From a virus (Duplodnaviria > Caudoviricetes), in the IMG/VR virus record IMGVR_UViG_3300032135_000005, positions 1 through 64,000 of that record: 64,000 nt of DNA; one strand, given 5' to 3'. Position 1 is the stretch's first letter. Every line of letters starts with the position of its first letter. The notes under the pieces are model-generated. The model was not told the DNA's origin. It did no database searches and was given only the letters and a program-made list of their open reading frames with translations. Positions 21,201-31,361 of this stretch are shown here, one piece after another. A program made the translations under genes and the position numbers.

Positions 21201-24200
21201 GTAAAGCGTTTAGACTATCCTCAATAGTTTGAAGTTCTTGGGATTTCTCCTCAGTAACCTCTTCCATAGTATCTTTAATTATAGTCGAAACATCTTCTTT
21301 GATTCCGAAAGATGCTGCTATGTCTTGAAACGCATTCACCATTCCGGTTTCTGTAGTTTCATTACTCACTACTTTCATGCTAATCTCAATAGAGTCTGGA
21401 TCTAGTATAGTGTCTATCTTATCGTTGAAGTCACTTATAGTTTCATCAGAAGCATCCTTTTCGTATATAGCTTGTTTAGGTGCTTTGTCTTCTCGTACTT
21501 TTTCTAATTTTTTATACTCGTTTACTCCGTATGCAATGTCATCCCCAAGCAATTGGATATCAGCAGAAGCTCCTACGTATACATTATTAAGATTTACATC
21601 AGAAACTAATCCACTATCATCTACATACTCTTGCATTGCCTGAGCTCCATCTACTATATCCTCATTAAACAAAGTATCCATAGACATACGAGAACGTTTT
21701 CCTTCAAGTATATCCATAAATTCTTCAGCGTTATCTAAAGGATTTATCACTTTCCATCTATGCGGTCTAAGTTCATCCCTAACTTCTATGGCCACTACAT
21801 ATTGATTTGTACTCTCAGATACAGCGATAGTAGGTTTAAAGTAATCTGGACTTACCAGTGGTCGTCCTTTACCATCTACTGAGGTTCTCTCAGTACCGTC
21901 TTCATTCTTTCCTTTTATAAATTTCTGCTTATTCCTTTTAGAAATTACTATATGCTTTAAAATAGAATTCTTAAATGAATCCCAGAATTCAGTCACGGCT
22001 ACATCATCAGCTTTTTTATTTTTATCTGTAGCAGCTTTCCTTTTAAGACTACGTGCAAGTCTTCTCTGCTCTTCTGCAGAGTTTACTTCATTACTTGACT
22101 CGGCTTCTCTTTTATATTGCTCGTCTAGTGAAATCTCGTCAGCAATCTCGTCCTGCATTAATTCCTCAACGTGTTGTTGCCACTCTTCCACCACGTCATA
22201 AGCTTTATTATCCATACCTTGAGAACTTGGAATTTCTCTTAGGTTAGAACTCCTAAATGCTATAGGTGTGACCTCTCCATTTAGTCCTTTTATAAGTGCA
22301 TAAGTATCACCCGGCGTCATTCTATGATAAGGAATTTCTACATGTACCCCATCTATTAGAATACTACTCTCTTTGTAAATAGTACCATCCATAGCTCTAG
22401 CGGCATTTACATTGTCAACTCCATTAGCTCCTTTAGTTTGAGCTAGTATTAATGAATTGTTAATAAGTAAGTCAGATGATAAATTATTAAATTTACCGAT
22501 TGGAGTGTATATAATATTACCTGCTGAGTCTCTGTTCTTAGAAAAGTTTCCCCGGTTACTGTAATGAGCTTTTACCATTCCAGTTATTACATCTCCTTTT
22601 GCTAATGCTTTTATTAAATCTTCGTGTGCTAAATTATAGAACCTATTTAGCCTAGTAAGTTTTACTTCCCCTTCCGGAGTATTTGTCATTACATCTATGA
22701 AGGTATTATTTCTACGATCTGTGTTTAATTTTAAAGTTACAGGATACGGTTCTTTGAAAGGTTTGTTTATCAAATCCATTCTGTATTCATTCAACCATTC
22801 AAAGCCTGGTTTACCTATACTAGTTTCGTGTATGTTTACAGAATTAACTATACCTTCAGATACATTATCCAATCGTCTAGTATTGTATGCATAGTTATTA
22901 GGTTTAAGAACTGTATCAATAGTTCTATAAGATTTCCAATCAGTACTGTGATGACTATACTTTCCATCAGCTCTTACAATTCCTTGAAGAACTCCGTGTT
23001 TAATCCAAGAATTATCTTTAAGTACAGTCTGCTTACTAGCTTCTTTGTACCTGCCTTTCTCCATTACTACCTCTTTGATAACTGGCATATTAGGAGCTTT
23101 ACTATCTGTACCTTTATAATTTTGATACATAACTCTAAACAGTCTACCATTTTCTGCTTGAACTATATCATGCTCTGTATAATTTCTTACTACTCCTTCT
23201 GAATCTATAGAGGTAAAAGTTTTCCCTTCTCGTACTTGAGCGTACTCACCTTTCTCTGTATGTTCTTTAACTGCAGCATCCCTATCATTATTCATAGTCT
23301 GAAGTTCTTCAGCTGTAACTCTAGGTTTAGTGTTCTTTATGGTAGAGAACTCAGTAAAGCGACTTTCCTTAACTGCATCTGTTTTGACATCTTCCTTTTT
23401 ATTAGACTCTTCTAGTGCATCAGGAATTCCTTTGACTGCATCTTGTTGCTCTTCTATAAATTTCTTTTGTCCTTCAGGAGAAACCAGGTAATCAAATTGT
23501 TTGCCTAAGTTAATAGAAAGCTTTTCAAATTTCTTTATTCTTTTTATGTCCTGCTTAGTGTCCTTATACTCATCTCTGTTCTGAATAAAATCTTGAAGGT
23601 TCTGAGTTTCTTTTGCTTCTTGTGATTTTAAAGTAGTTACTTGAACAGGAGATAGCTTATCAAATCGTTCAGGAGCTTTATCGGTAAAAGCCAATTTATC
23701 TAAATCAACAGTTCTATTAGGATACTTTTGTTTTAACAAAGATTCTAACTTAGTCATATTTTCTATGGCTCTTGTAGATACTTCTGTTATTGCTTTATCT
23801 GTTTTAACAGAAACCATTCTGTTATAAACTATTCCTCCTAAATTAGCTTTACCTTTATGTTGTTTAATATACCCTTCGGCCTTATCTAATGTGTCTAAAA
23901 ATTCAATAGCTACCTCTTTATAATCAGAGTCAAATCCTTTAACATTATCTGCTCCTTCTTCTGCATCTCTTACTAGTTCAATATCTTTTCTAAGGCTATC
24001 TATAGTTCCGTATTCAACCTGACGAGCCACTTCATGCATTAAATGAGATTGACTTATAAGCTCAGATTCAGTTAGGTCTCCTTTATTAACTGCATCTGTA
24101 AATGCATCATTATACTTTTTAAATGTATCGAAGTTATTTTGTGCAAGTACTTTACCTAGAGTAAGACGTTCTTGCTGAGTATTATAATCTGCTTTTTGTT

Positions 24201-25476
24201 GTTTTAATTGTTTACCCATCATTGGACGTTGGATAAGAGCAAATTGAATTGGTCCACCTACCACACCTAATGATCCTGCGTGAACTGCTCTGTTAGATAA
24301 CATAAGTTCTGCAGTTCTAGTCCAGTAGTCTGAACTGTACTCATCTTTACTTTGAGTGCCACCTAATGTATCTACATCATGTAGTTGCTCCATTTGAATC
24401 ATTTCCTGATACACGTTTTCTCCAAACGCAGTAGGAGAACCTTTCTTGATTAAATCAAATGCTTGTCTACCAAATGTAGGGTCTTTAAGCATTACATTAG
24501 TTCTTCTACGTTTAAAGATTCCACCAAATTTAAGGTAAGCTGTTGCAGTTAAAGCCATATTTAATGCAACTACATCTTGTGCTTCATTGTTGGCCATCTT
24601 CTGAGCTTCAAATCTAGTAAGCATACCAGGTTTATCCCCTATTCGTCCTTCAAGATGTTCCATAGCTAACTTATATGTATCCGCTGCCATCATTTGTCCC
24701 ATAAAGAAGTTAGTTGTAGCTGATGTAGCTAAAGGGCCAACAAAAGCTTTTGTAGATCCACCTGCCATTCCTAACGCTTCATCCGCAAATCCTGCTATAG
24801 CTTTAAAATTTTTCATAGCTCCTAATGAAGATACTAGTTTTGCAGCTCCCAGTCCAGTGATACCAAATCCAACAGCAGAACTAATAGCTCCTTCTAAAGA
24901 ACTCCATTTGAATATTTTACTTGCTATACTATTAGAATCAGTTTCTTCGTCATATATTTTAAATGCATTAGATTGTCTTAACCCATCTTGAGTTTCTTTC
25001 ATTATATCAGTCCACCAGTTTCCTGATAAATCTTCTGTGTCTGTAAATAGATTTGTATAAGTATCTAAATCTCCTACATAACCTGCTTGCTCCATAGCAA
25101 TCAATCCACCTTGAAGTATTCCACCTCCTATAGCTTTAAGTGCTTTTACACCTCCACTCTGATTTCTAGCTCTATTAGAATCAACAGATTCGTATAATCC
25201 TCTGCCGACGTCTAAATCCATATCTCTGCCCCCTTGTTTGGTAGAACGTTGCATAGCAGCTTCTTGAGTAAGACCTGTTACATAATCTTTTACATCTGCT
25301 TGACTTTGTAAATCTGGGCCAACGTACACAGCTTTCTCTACATCCAATCCACTAAGATCGAGAGTAGGTTTCTTAGGTTTACCCTTTGTAAGATTCTCAG
25401 TAAGAGACTCAGCTTCCGTAGGTTCTGTGTTTAACATTGTTAAGTCCGGGTCTATTTCTTTGTTGGTCTCTGTCAT
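18250..25476 (-). CDS. Giant virion cargo protein with PD-(D/E)XK nuclease and zincin metallopeptidase domains
   Basis: 2408 aa. AGTIDLLTYD...IYDIKT...QLSAY nuclease motif near 19400-19650; IFHEAFHAV HExxH motif near 18645-18670; Gly/Ala-rich hydrophobic N-terminal segments. Confidence 0.75.
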   Translation of the reverse strand: MTETNKEIDPDLTMLNTEPTEAESLTENLTKGKPKKPTLDLSGLDVEKAVYVGPDLQSQADVKDYVTGLTQEAAMQRSTKQGGRDMDLDVGRGLYESVDSNRARNQSGGVKALKAIGGGILQGGLIAMEQAGYVGDLDTYTNLFTDTEDLSGNWWTDIMKETQDGLRQSNAFKIYDEETDSNSIASKIFKWSSLEGAISSAVGFGITGLGAAKLVSSLGAMKNFKAIAGFADEALGMAGGSTKAFVGPLATSATTNFFMGQMMAADTYKLAMEHLEGRIGDKPGMLTRFEAQKMANNEAQDVVALNMALTATAYLKFGGIFKRRRTNVMLKDPTFGRQAFDLIKKGSPTAFGENVYQEMIQMEQLHDVDTLGGTQSKDEYSSDYWTRTAELMLSNRAVHAGSLGVVGGPIQFALIQRPMMGKQLKQQKADYNTQQERLTLGKVLAQNNFDTFKKYNDAFTDAVNKGDLTESELISQSHLMHEVARQVEYGTIDSLRKDIELVRDAEEGADNVKGFDSDYKEVAIEFLDTLDKAEGYIKQHKGKANLGGIVYNRMVSVKTDKAITEVSTRAIENMTKLESLLKQKYPNRTVDLDKLAFTDKAPERFDKLSPVQVTTLKSQEAKETQNLQDFIQNRDEYKDTKQDIKRIKKFEKLSINLGKQFDYLVSPEGQKKFIEEQQDAVKGIPDALEESNKKEDVKTDAVKESRFTEFSTIKNTKPRVTAEELQTMNNDRDAAVKEHTEKGEYAQVREGKTFTSIDSEGVVRNYTEHDIVQAENGRLFRVMYQNYKGTDSKAPNMPVIKEVVMEKGRYKEASKQTVLKDNSWIKHGVLQGIVRADGKYSHHSTDWKSYRTIDTVLKPNNYAYNTRRLDNVSEGIVNSVNIHETSIGKPGFEWLNEYRMDLINKPFKEPYPVTLKLNTDRRNNTFIDVMTNTPEGEVKLTRLNRFYNLAHEDLIKALAKGDVITGMVKAHYSNRGNFSKNRDSAGNIIYTPIGKFNNLSSDLLINNSLILAQTKGANGVDNVNAARAMDGTIYKESSILIDGVHVEIPYHRMTPGDTYALIKGLNGEVTPIAFRSSNLREIPSSQGMDNKAYDVVEEWQQHVEELMQDEIADEISLDEQYKREAESSNEVNSAEEQRRLARSLKRKAATDKNKKADDVAVTEFWDSFKNSILKHIVISKRNKQKFIKGKNEDGTERTSVDGKGRPLVSPDYFKPTIAVSESTNQYVVAIEVRDELRPHRWKVINPLDNAEEFMDILEGKRSRMSMDTLFNEDIVDGAQAMQEYVDDSGLVSDVNLNNVYVGASADIQLLGDDIAYGVNEYKKLEKVREDKAPKQAIYEKDASDETISDFNDKIDTILDPDSIEISMKVVSNETTETGMVNAFQDIAASFGIKEDVSTIIKDTMEEVTEEKSQELQTIEDSLNALPLENYSQVPLMARGVLALQEIQAKVKSKELNLYTVRKATVDSKFTQAEGISEFARHEKIWSPVHGDGVVMSTTPKGTIVVRFSEKSKGVQMYPANLFKEKGAFRQLADARVKLKKARPGTIQHESATRAVNTLEARTTYLKKRAYGEENEAEKNDSGTDNSLHSLSVASDALGLHYTKNVFAKLVGNSKRAGNIAKGFDGVIEYRDKLLDVHPDGPVDVEYIKAMNDAFLDAVPYTDQDFQDMLSLLNTKIAARENVASSEQKIGHIELLRDVVKAIKDNPSPTSVIKSEATVYSLTRSKYTSKAVHIASTVAPGDRTGTIQQTGQSKLTSAYEEMIDALDVVISLETEMYADRFSTADTPSQPVKPATKSPSTSLQKERVEEVKTVLETIQNELPNIKGLSEDSKLVGLDKEFKWYVNVNDKDASGNYTKYDRVTDIFSENPDVITPKLKSSQVIGTGIDNMIRDFFDPTESSLVWNSSYAITEEVFDEFVTSLQAFKKSIAGQTVVSTGMVLFDKTTKRAGTIDLLTYDNEGAVRIYDIKTMLFDPTTDNRYEDTTIWKTVKGVFEADGVTPKRKRQKGVRDSNRIKHQKQLSAYRIILNNTYGILADKKLFVVPVKVDYSAGDTKARTARILPLVPALGLDEVGPLRLDKAKTVKPTTQTKSVRPATTKGGTVIRQNNVVGTTKSTPVTPTNKSIVQNTDTTQESQEPQGAQETLEEMGVESGAVAQFENAIAKGIITPAEAIKLTKTITLMAETDANADVNAVMNKFLDENTTPFKLASKDEVFTNEQFNDEVTQINKLLPKIPVNVVKDVAYMHKRFGAQAIGAYNQGVAYVVKGAKQGAIFHEAFHAVADLYLTPSERAEMAKERGEKEWSLELEEKFAGEFEEFQKTYKKETYADKAKKFFASIIDWFKGTRSSDVVTDVFTKIMEGGFTKTPSKTWFKASLSGIQSVNEFTKQLSPKNNVTLQSLKAKGRIKIVC

Positions 25477-25478
25477 GA

Positions 25479-27005
25479 TTACTCTTTTTTAGTGACTGGT
25501 GCTATTTTCTTCTTCCCATCTTCAGTGTACATTGCATAAACCCTTTCTCCTCCTTGGTAAAGGTCAGTCATTCCGGTATCCGGATTGAACTTAACATCAT
25601 AAACTCCTGCAGGTACTCCATTTCCTCCATACAAATCTACGGTTTTATTCCAAGTTAATGAGTCTCGTACATCATCTAATTGTCCTATTTGATAATCTCT
25701 AGACCCAAGAACATCAGGACTTTTGTTTTGTTGTAAGTATGTTCCTGAAGGAGTAGAGATAACAATGGCACCTCTGTAGTCCCCTTTAGTAACAACTCCA
25801 GAAGTAAATATTTTATTTGCAGCATCTGTTCCTTGCATAACTTGATTTACAGTTACGGAGTCTCCATTCAGATTCATCATCTTAGCTTCCTTATCTCTAA
25901 GCTGGCCATTAATAACTGCACCTCTAACCTCAGAGATATCTCCACTCACAGGTATATTCCTAGTAGTATCTTGGTCATATAAATCTTCCATCCAAGCTGC
26001 TCTTGCTACAGGGTCTTTAGGCATTGTAGTACCAGAGTTTGATTCCAAAGCTTTAACAAGTCTTTGTCCATCTTCAGAGGCTATATACTCATCAGCTTCT
26101 CTTGTAATACCTAACATTTTCTTAGGCCAAATCATAGAGTTACCTACCATATTACTAATACCTTTAGAACTGTCTGGACGTCTCACTCCAATTAATTGCG
26201 TGTCTGAGAATCTATCTACAGAGTTCTTCTCTGATGCACGGTCTTGATATTCTTTAGCATCAACTGTTCCTTCAACAATACTTTTTCTCCATTCACTATA
26301 AGAAACAGGATTTTTAGGATCCTGAGGTAAAGCTGTAAACCTTTCTTGTAAAGCTTTATTGACATTAGGATTAGTCTGAAATAAATTGGTTACTGCAGTT
26401 AAGATACGATTTCTACTTCTACCTGCCTGCCCTGCACTATTATCTTGGGCTACTACCTCATCTATTGTATCGTGTATAGTTTTTACAGGGTTCATTTCTG
26501 TGGATGGATTGTATCCATGAAAAGGAGTAAACCCTCCTGCTTCAGTTTGAAGTGTTCTATGAGTCTGCATTGAGTTTCTAAATCCAGCTACACCTTGTTC
26601 ACTTATTTTTCCTTCCATGAACATATCTTCAAGTTTTTTACTCTTAGCAGCCGCAGCAATATAATTTTTATTCTGAGCTCCTAATTCTCCATAGTTCATT
26701 TCTCTATTAAGATCTCGTTTGTACCTGTCAAGAGAACCTTGTATAGTAGAATAATCTCCATTTGCATCATCAATTATCTTATTTAGTTTCTGGTCCTGTT
26801 CAGCTTGCAACTCCATATGCCGTGCTCTATCCCCAGGTAAGAACTTCAAACCTAATAAAGATTCATCTTGGGCTTCAATATCTGCTTTAGCAGTATCATA
26901 CTTAGTCTGTCTTTTCTCTAGAGTCTTAGATATAAAGTCTAAAGGTAGTCCTACGAATTCACTCATAGGATTTGCTGCTATCGGTTTTTCAAATAAATTT
27001 GCCAT
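25479..27005 (-). CDS. Virion cargo protein
   Basis: 508 aa, helical N-terminus, in the crAss-like cargo block between the muzzle gene and the RNAP block. Confidence 0.5.
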   Translation of the reverse strand: MANLFEKPIAANPMSEFVGLPLDFISKTLEKRQTKYDTAKADIEAQDESLLGLKFLPGDRARHMELQAEQDQKLNKIIDDANGDYSTIQGSLDRYKRDLNREMNYGELGAQNKNYIAAAAKSKKLEDMFMEGKISEQGVAGFRNSMQTHRTLQTEAGGFTPFHGYNPSTEMNPVKTIHDTIDEVVAQDNSAGQAGRSRNRILTAVTNLFQTNPNVNKALQERFTALPQDPKNPVSYSEWRKSIVEGTVDAKEYQDRASEKNSVDRFSDTQLIGVRRPDSSKGISNMVGNSMIWPKKMLGITREADEYIASEDGQRLVKALESNSGTTMPKDPVARAAWMEDLYDQDTTRNIPVSGDISEVRGAVINGQLRDKEAKMMNLNGDSVTVNQVMQGTDAANKIFTSGVVTKGDYRGAIVISTPSGTYLQQNKSPDVLGSRDYQIGQLDDVRDSLTWNKTVDLYGGNGVPAGVYDVKFNPDTGMTDLYQGGERVYAMYTEDGKKKIAPVTKKE

Positions 27006-27012
27006 CTTGTTA

Positions 27013-30000
27013 TTAGTATTTAAAATTATCTCTCCAATCTTTTGAACCTACTTCAGCATCAACACCAAAGTCTGGCATATCTATTTCAATTGGATTTTGA
27101 AATGCGTCTGGACTAAAATTAGATTTAGGTAATGCTCTTTGCTTTGAAGAATTTCCTGTGTACTCTATTTCTCCTGAATCTTGATTATACTTATAATCTC
27201 CTGTGTTCATTAACTTCATCATCTTATTATCCCGTTCTCCTTTAAGCCTATCGGTTTTATTACGAGAAGTTATATTTGCTACATCCTGAACTCCTTGAGC
27301 TAAGAATGAATTTGTTGCTGCTTCAGACCTCTGATCTATTTCATCGTATCTTGCGTTAGCTTGTGTATTATATTGGTCTGCTTTATTACGTATACCAATA
27401 TTTTGAGTAGCTACTTGGTCTGCTCGCTGGGCTTCTTGTGCATTAACTTGACCTGTTCTTGCTATCTTATCTGCCCATGATTTTTCCGTGTTACTTCTGA
27501 AGTTAGACATCATTCCTCCTGATAGATTTCTAGCATTTCCTACTGCTGTAGAAAAAGCATTCTCTATTGCATTTAGTTGAGGTTGATCCATAGGTTGAAA
27601 CACTCTTGTTTGAGGAGTTACAAATCTACGTTTAACTTTATCAGGATCTTCAAGACCTCTGACAATATTGTATATCGCTGGAGCGTATGAAGCTAGCGTG
27701 GAAAAGCCGCCGGCTAATCGTTCACCTATCTTACGTTCTCCTGAACCTCCTTCATCTCCTGCTGGAATTTCAGCTGGTGCTTCCTTATATGGAGTTACAG
27801 AGCCACCTATTTGTTTAGATACTTCTTCTTGTTTTTTAGTATCTACAGGTGTAGGTGTAGTGTCAATTGCATCAGGTGTAGTTGCTTCAGGAGTAGTAGG
27901 TTCTACTGGATCTGCTGTAAATCCTTCTTCAATTTTAGCTATCTCAATAGGGTCTACTTGCCTATCTCTAAGTAAATTTAGTACCTGAGCAGTTCCTACT
28001 GCACCTGATTTAACATCATCCCAAAAATTAGCTTCTTTACTTAATAATTTTACTGATTCAGGAAACTTATCTAAAGTCTTACGCATATTAGTTACTCGAG
28101 CTAAGCTTGTAGTAGCAGAAGCTTTTGCTCCTTTAGTCGCTTCTACTATCCCACCTGCAGTATGTGCATCTGATTCTGCCTGAACTACTTTACCATATTT
28201 CATTACAGCTTCTAAAGGATCTTTTCCCTCTACAAGTGCTTTAGAATAAAGTCTGGCAGCTTCCTGGTCATTTTTAAGTGCTGTAGCAACTTCTGCAGGA
28301 ACATCTCCACTTTTAAATATAGCATCCATTGCAGCATTATATCGTTTCATAGCCGGTCCAATAACATCTACCTCATCTGTAGCTCTAGCATCTTTAACTA
28401 TACTCTCTAATAAACTAGCATTAGCCCAGTTCTCACTATTTAAAGTTTGCTTTTTAAGAGCAGATTTAAGTACTCCTTCGGTTTCAGTAACAGCACGTTC
28501 GGCAGCATATACTGCTTCAAGTTCTGCTTCGCCCCCACCTGCTGCTTTAACAGCGCCTATCGCTTCTCCTTTAAATGGTTTACGTGCTTCAACTAACGCT
28601 GATTTAGCTTCTGTAAGAACTTGCTTTGCTTTAGAGTATTTCTCTGCTGCTAATGCTTTGCTTTCTGTAAAGGTTTTTAAACCTTCTTTTATTTCGGTTT
28701 GTTTCTTAGCTAATAGTAATCCCAGTTCTTCCGGTTTCATAGCAAGAACCTCTTTGGTAGATTTACCTGTAAGTTGAGTTACATCTCGTTGTATCTTAGA
28801 AACTTCTTCCATAGATTTACCTATCATTCTTTCATGCATCTTCTGAGGAAGTTTTTTAATAAACTCTCCAGCGTTCTTAAAGGTCTCTGCCCAAGTATTA
28901 GACGTAGTTTTTCCTACTGTTTTTAATGGTGGAACTTTAGCATCATCAAATTGTTTACCTAAATCTATTAATTCTTGTACTGTTTTTTCTCCCTTATAAG
29001 TTTTACTTCCTAGAACTCCATGATATATATCAGATATTAACTTCTGGCCCGATCCTTTTAAGTACTTAAGAGCTTTCATTGCATCTTCTGCTTTGACAAT
29101 ACCGGTGGCTAACTTAATAGTTTTGCCTCCATTCTTAAACATATTAATAATTCCTTTGGGATTAGCTAATACAGCAGCTACATCAACTCCCATATTACCT
29201 GTCATCTCACTAGTCCAAGTTTTATTTGGTGTCTTTGCAAAATCTCTAATTACCCAAGCTCCTTTTCTACTAATATATCCCTCATCTTGAGCGCCCTTTA
29301 ACCATTTTGCAATATCTTTAGGATCTTCTCCCGCTAATATCTCAGCAAGATGTGCCGGTTTATTAGCAGCATTGCTTTGTCCAGATAAAAGATAAGTTTG
29401 TACATCTCCATAAGTTCTCAAAGCATTCATAATATCAGATGGGATATCTGCATTGTTCAGATACTTTTTAAATCCATCTAATTCTTTCTCCATTTTAGGA
29501 TCTGTAAACGCTACCTCATCAGTTTCAATTTTATCTCCTTTATCGTGAAATAGATTCCATAATTTAGCTGAAGTATTAAAATACTTTTCTCCTATCATTG
29601 CTGCAGGAGATATACTCATATTCATTTCGCGTAACATCTTCCCTGCCATTACAGCTTGAGACTCTGGGTCTGAAGCGTATCTGATCCCTCTAAACTGAAC
29701 ATCAGATTTCATTTTCTTATCAAAATCTGCATCAGACATAGTAGCAAGTGAGTCTCCTATCGCAGCATCACCTCTTGGATTAGGTTTAGGTGCAGGAAGT
29801 CCTTCAGCTTCAGCTTTTTTCTTTAACTCTTCAAATGAAAGTACTGGTGCTGTAGTTTCTTTTTCATTTCCTTTTGCTGCTGGATCAGTTACATTAGCTT
29901 TGTACCATTCTGCTGTCTGAGGTTCTTTCCCGATAGCTTTAATTTTCTTAACATAATCTTCATAAGTATCCACAGCTTTAAATTCATTAGGTCCATTAAC

Positions 30001-31359
30001 ACTATTTTCAAATCCCAGGTAGTCTGGAACATAGAAATCTTTTGTTGCATTTCTAGCACTCTCTTTAGTTACATTTCCATTTTCATCTTGCCATGTTGGA
30101 TTACCATCAGCTTGAGGTGAACCTTTTTTGTACATTATATCTTTGTCTTCTAGTCTACCTGAACTTGCACCCACTACAATATCGTAAGGATGATCGCCAT
30201 ATTTTTGGTACTTATCATAGTATTTATCTACATAGTCTAACTGTTCTGATGCAGTCATACCTCTAAGTTCTTTTGTTGTAGTACCTAACTCATTTGCAGT
30301 AGCCTCAACAAATTGAATTAATCCAGATGCTGTAGAACCTGATTTTGGGTTTTTAATTGAAGGATCTAAAGTATTAGAAGTTTCTAAATCGAATACCGCC
30401 ATTAAATCACTAGGAGAGAACCCATATTTCTCACTCATAGAAATTACTTTATCTTTAACTCCAGGTTGGGCTAAGAACTTATCCCACCTAGCTTTTCTTT
30501 TACTAGGAGTTGTAGTCATAACATCTTTAACTCCTTTTGCTGCAACCATCTTTTCTGAATCAGCAGGCAATGCTTGTCTAATAGATTCTATCTTTTTCCA
30601 ATCCCTAGTTCTTAATGCTTTATCTACAGCTAATCTTTTCTTCCCGGGCATAATAATATCTCCATCATTAGCTATATAGTCTTCACCCCCTTGAGCGTGA
30701 GATTTACCTCCTTTAAAGTCGGCTACCTTTTTATACACTCGTCCTATTTTTCTAAGAACTATCTCATTCTTTTCTACTTCAAACTGTTTAGTTCCTTGTA
30801 CATCTTTTCTTCCTTGGGCCGCAGCTTGTGTTTGCTGAGGTTGAGTATCATTATTTGATATGGCTCCTATTTGAAGTCCCATATCAAATCTATTACGTTG
30901 GTTATTGGCATCTGCAAAATCAGGTTGCTTGAATGCATCTAGTCCAGCCATTACTCCACCCCCAACAGCTCCAACAGCTCCGCCTATAACAGTACCCCAA
31001 GGTCCAAAATTAGAACCAAGTTTAGCCCCAGCTGCAGCCATACCTACTATCTTACCTCCTGCATTAACTTTATGAGTAGTTGCACCCTTATCGTCCATAC
31101 GTTCAGTAGTACTTAATCCTATATCTTTAATAGCTGAAGCACCTTGACCTATTAACCCTGCAGAATCTCCTACAACACTTGCTCCTTTACCTACTTTTCC
31201 TGCAGTTTTGCCTATATCAGTGGTCTTCTTACCAAGCATATCATTAGACTTAGCATAATGAGCTGCAGCTCCCTGCATACCTGACGCTCCCATAACATCA
31301 AAAGGCTTGCTAGCATTTCTATCTATTCCTGCGTTGTAATCTATCTCTGGTAGTGGCAT
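27013..31359 (-). CDS. Virion cargo protein 1-like with lytic transglycosylase domain
   Basis: 1448 aa. Gly-zipper segment GAKLGSNFGPWGTVIGGAVGAVGGG; EVEKNE..G.SHAQGG module; lysozyme-like motif LMAVFDLETS...ASGLIQF...EQLDYVDKYY (about 30030-30480). Immediately after the muzzle gene. Confidence 0.7.
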   Translation of the reverse strand: MPLPEIDYNAGIDRNASKPFDVMGASGMQGAAAHYAKSNDMLGKKTTDIGKTAGKVGKGASVVGDSAGLIGQGASAIKDIGLSTTERMDDKGATTHKVNAGGKIVGMAAAGAKLGSNFGPWGTVIGGAVGAVGGGVMAGLDAFKQPDFADANNQRNRFDMGLQIGAISNNDTQPQQTQAAAQGRKDVQGTKQFEVEKNEIVLRKIGRVYKKVADFKGGKSHAQGGEDYIANDGDIIMPGKKRLAVDKALRTRDWKKIESIRQALPADSEKMVAAKGVKDVMTTTPSKRKARWDKFLAQPGVKDKVISMSEKYGFSPSDLMAVFDLETSNTLDPSIKNPKSGSTASGLIQFVEATANELGTTTKELRGMTASEQLDYVDKYYDKYQKYGDHPYDIVVGASSGRLEDKDIMYKKGSPQADGNPTWQDENGNVTKESARNATKDFYVPDYLGFENSVNGPNEFKAVDTYEDYVKKIKAIGKEPQTAEWYKANVTDPAAKGNEKETTAPVLSFEELKKKAEAEGLPAPKPNPRGDAAIGDSLATMSDADFDKKMKSDVQFRGIRYASDPESQAVMAGKMLREMNMSISPAAMIGEKYFNTSAKLWNLFHDKGDKIETDEVAFTDPKMEKELDGFKKYLNNADIPSDIMNALRTYGDVQTYLLSGQSNAANKPAHLAEILAGEDPKDIAKWLKGAQDEGYISRKGAWVIRDFAKTPNKTWTSEMTGNMGVDVAAVLANPKGIINMFKNGGKTIKLATGIVKAEDAMKALKYLKGSGQKLISDIYHGVLGSKTYKGEKTVQELIDLGKQFDDAKVPPLKTVGKTTSNTWAETFKNAGEFIKKLPQKMHERMIGKSMEEVSKIQRDVTQLTGKSTKEVLAMKPEELGLLLAKKQTEIKEGLKTFTESKALAAEKYSKAKQVLTEAKSALVEARKPFKGEAIGAVKAAGGGEAELEAVYAAERAVTETEGVLKSALKKQTLNSENWANASLLESIVKDARATDEVDVIGPAMKRYNAAMDAIFKSGDVPAEVATALKNDQEAARLYSKALVEGKDPLEAVMKYGKVVQAESDAHTAGGIVEATKGAKASATTSLARVTNMRKTLDKFPESVKLLSKEANFWDDVKSGAVGTAQVLNLLRDRQVDPIEIAKIEEGFTADPVEPTTPEATTPDAIDTTPTPVDTKKQEEVSKQIGGSVTPYKEAPAEIPAGDEGGSGERKIGERLAGGFSTLASYAPAIYNIVRGLEDPDKVKRRFVTPQTRVFQPMDQPQLNAIENAFSTAVGNARNLSGGMMSNFRSNTEKSWADKIARTGQVNAQEAQRADQVATQNIGIRNKADQYNTQANARYDEIDQRSEAATNSFLAQGVQDVANITSRNKTDRLKGERDNKMMKLMNTGDYKYNQDSGEIEYTGNSSKQRALPKSNFSPDAFQNPIEIDMPDFGVDAEVGSKDWRDNFKY

Positions 31360-31361
31360 AA

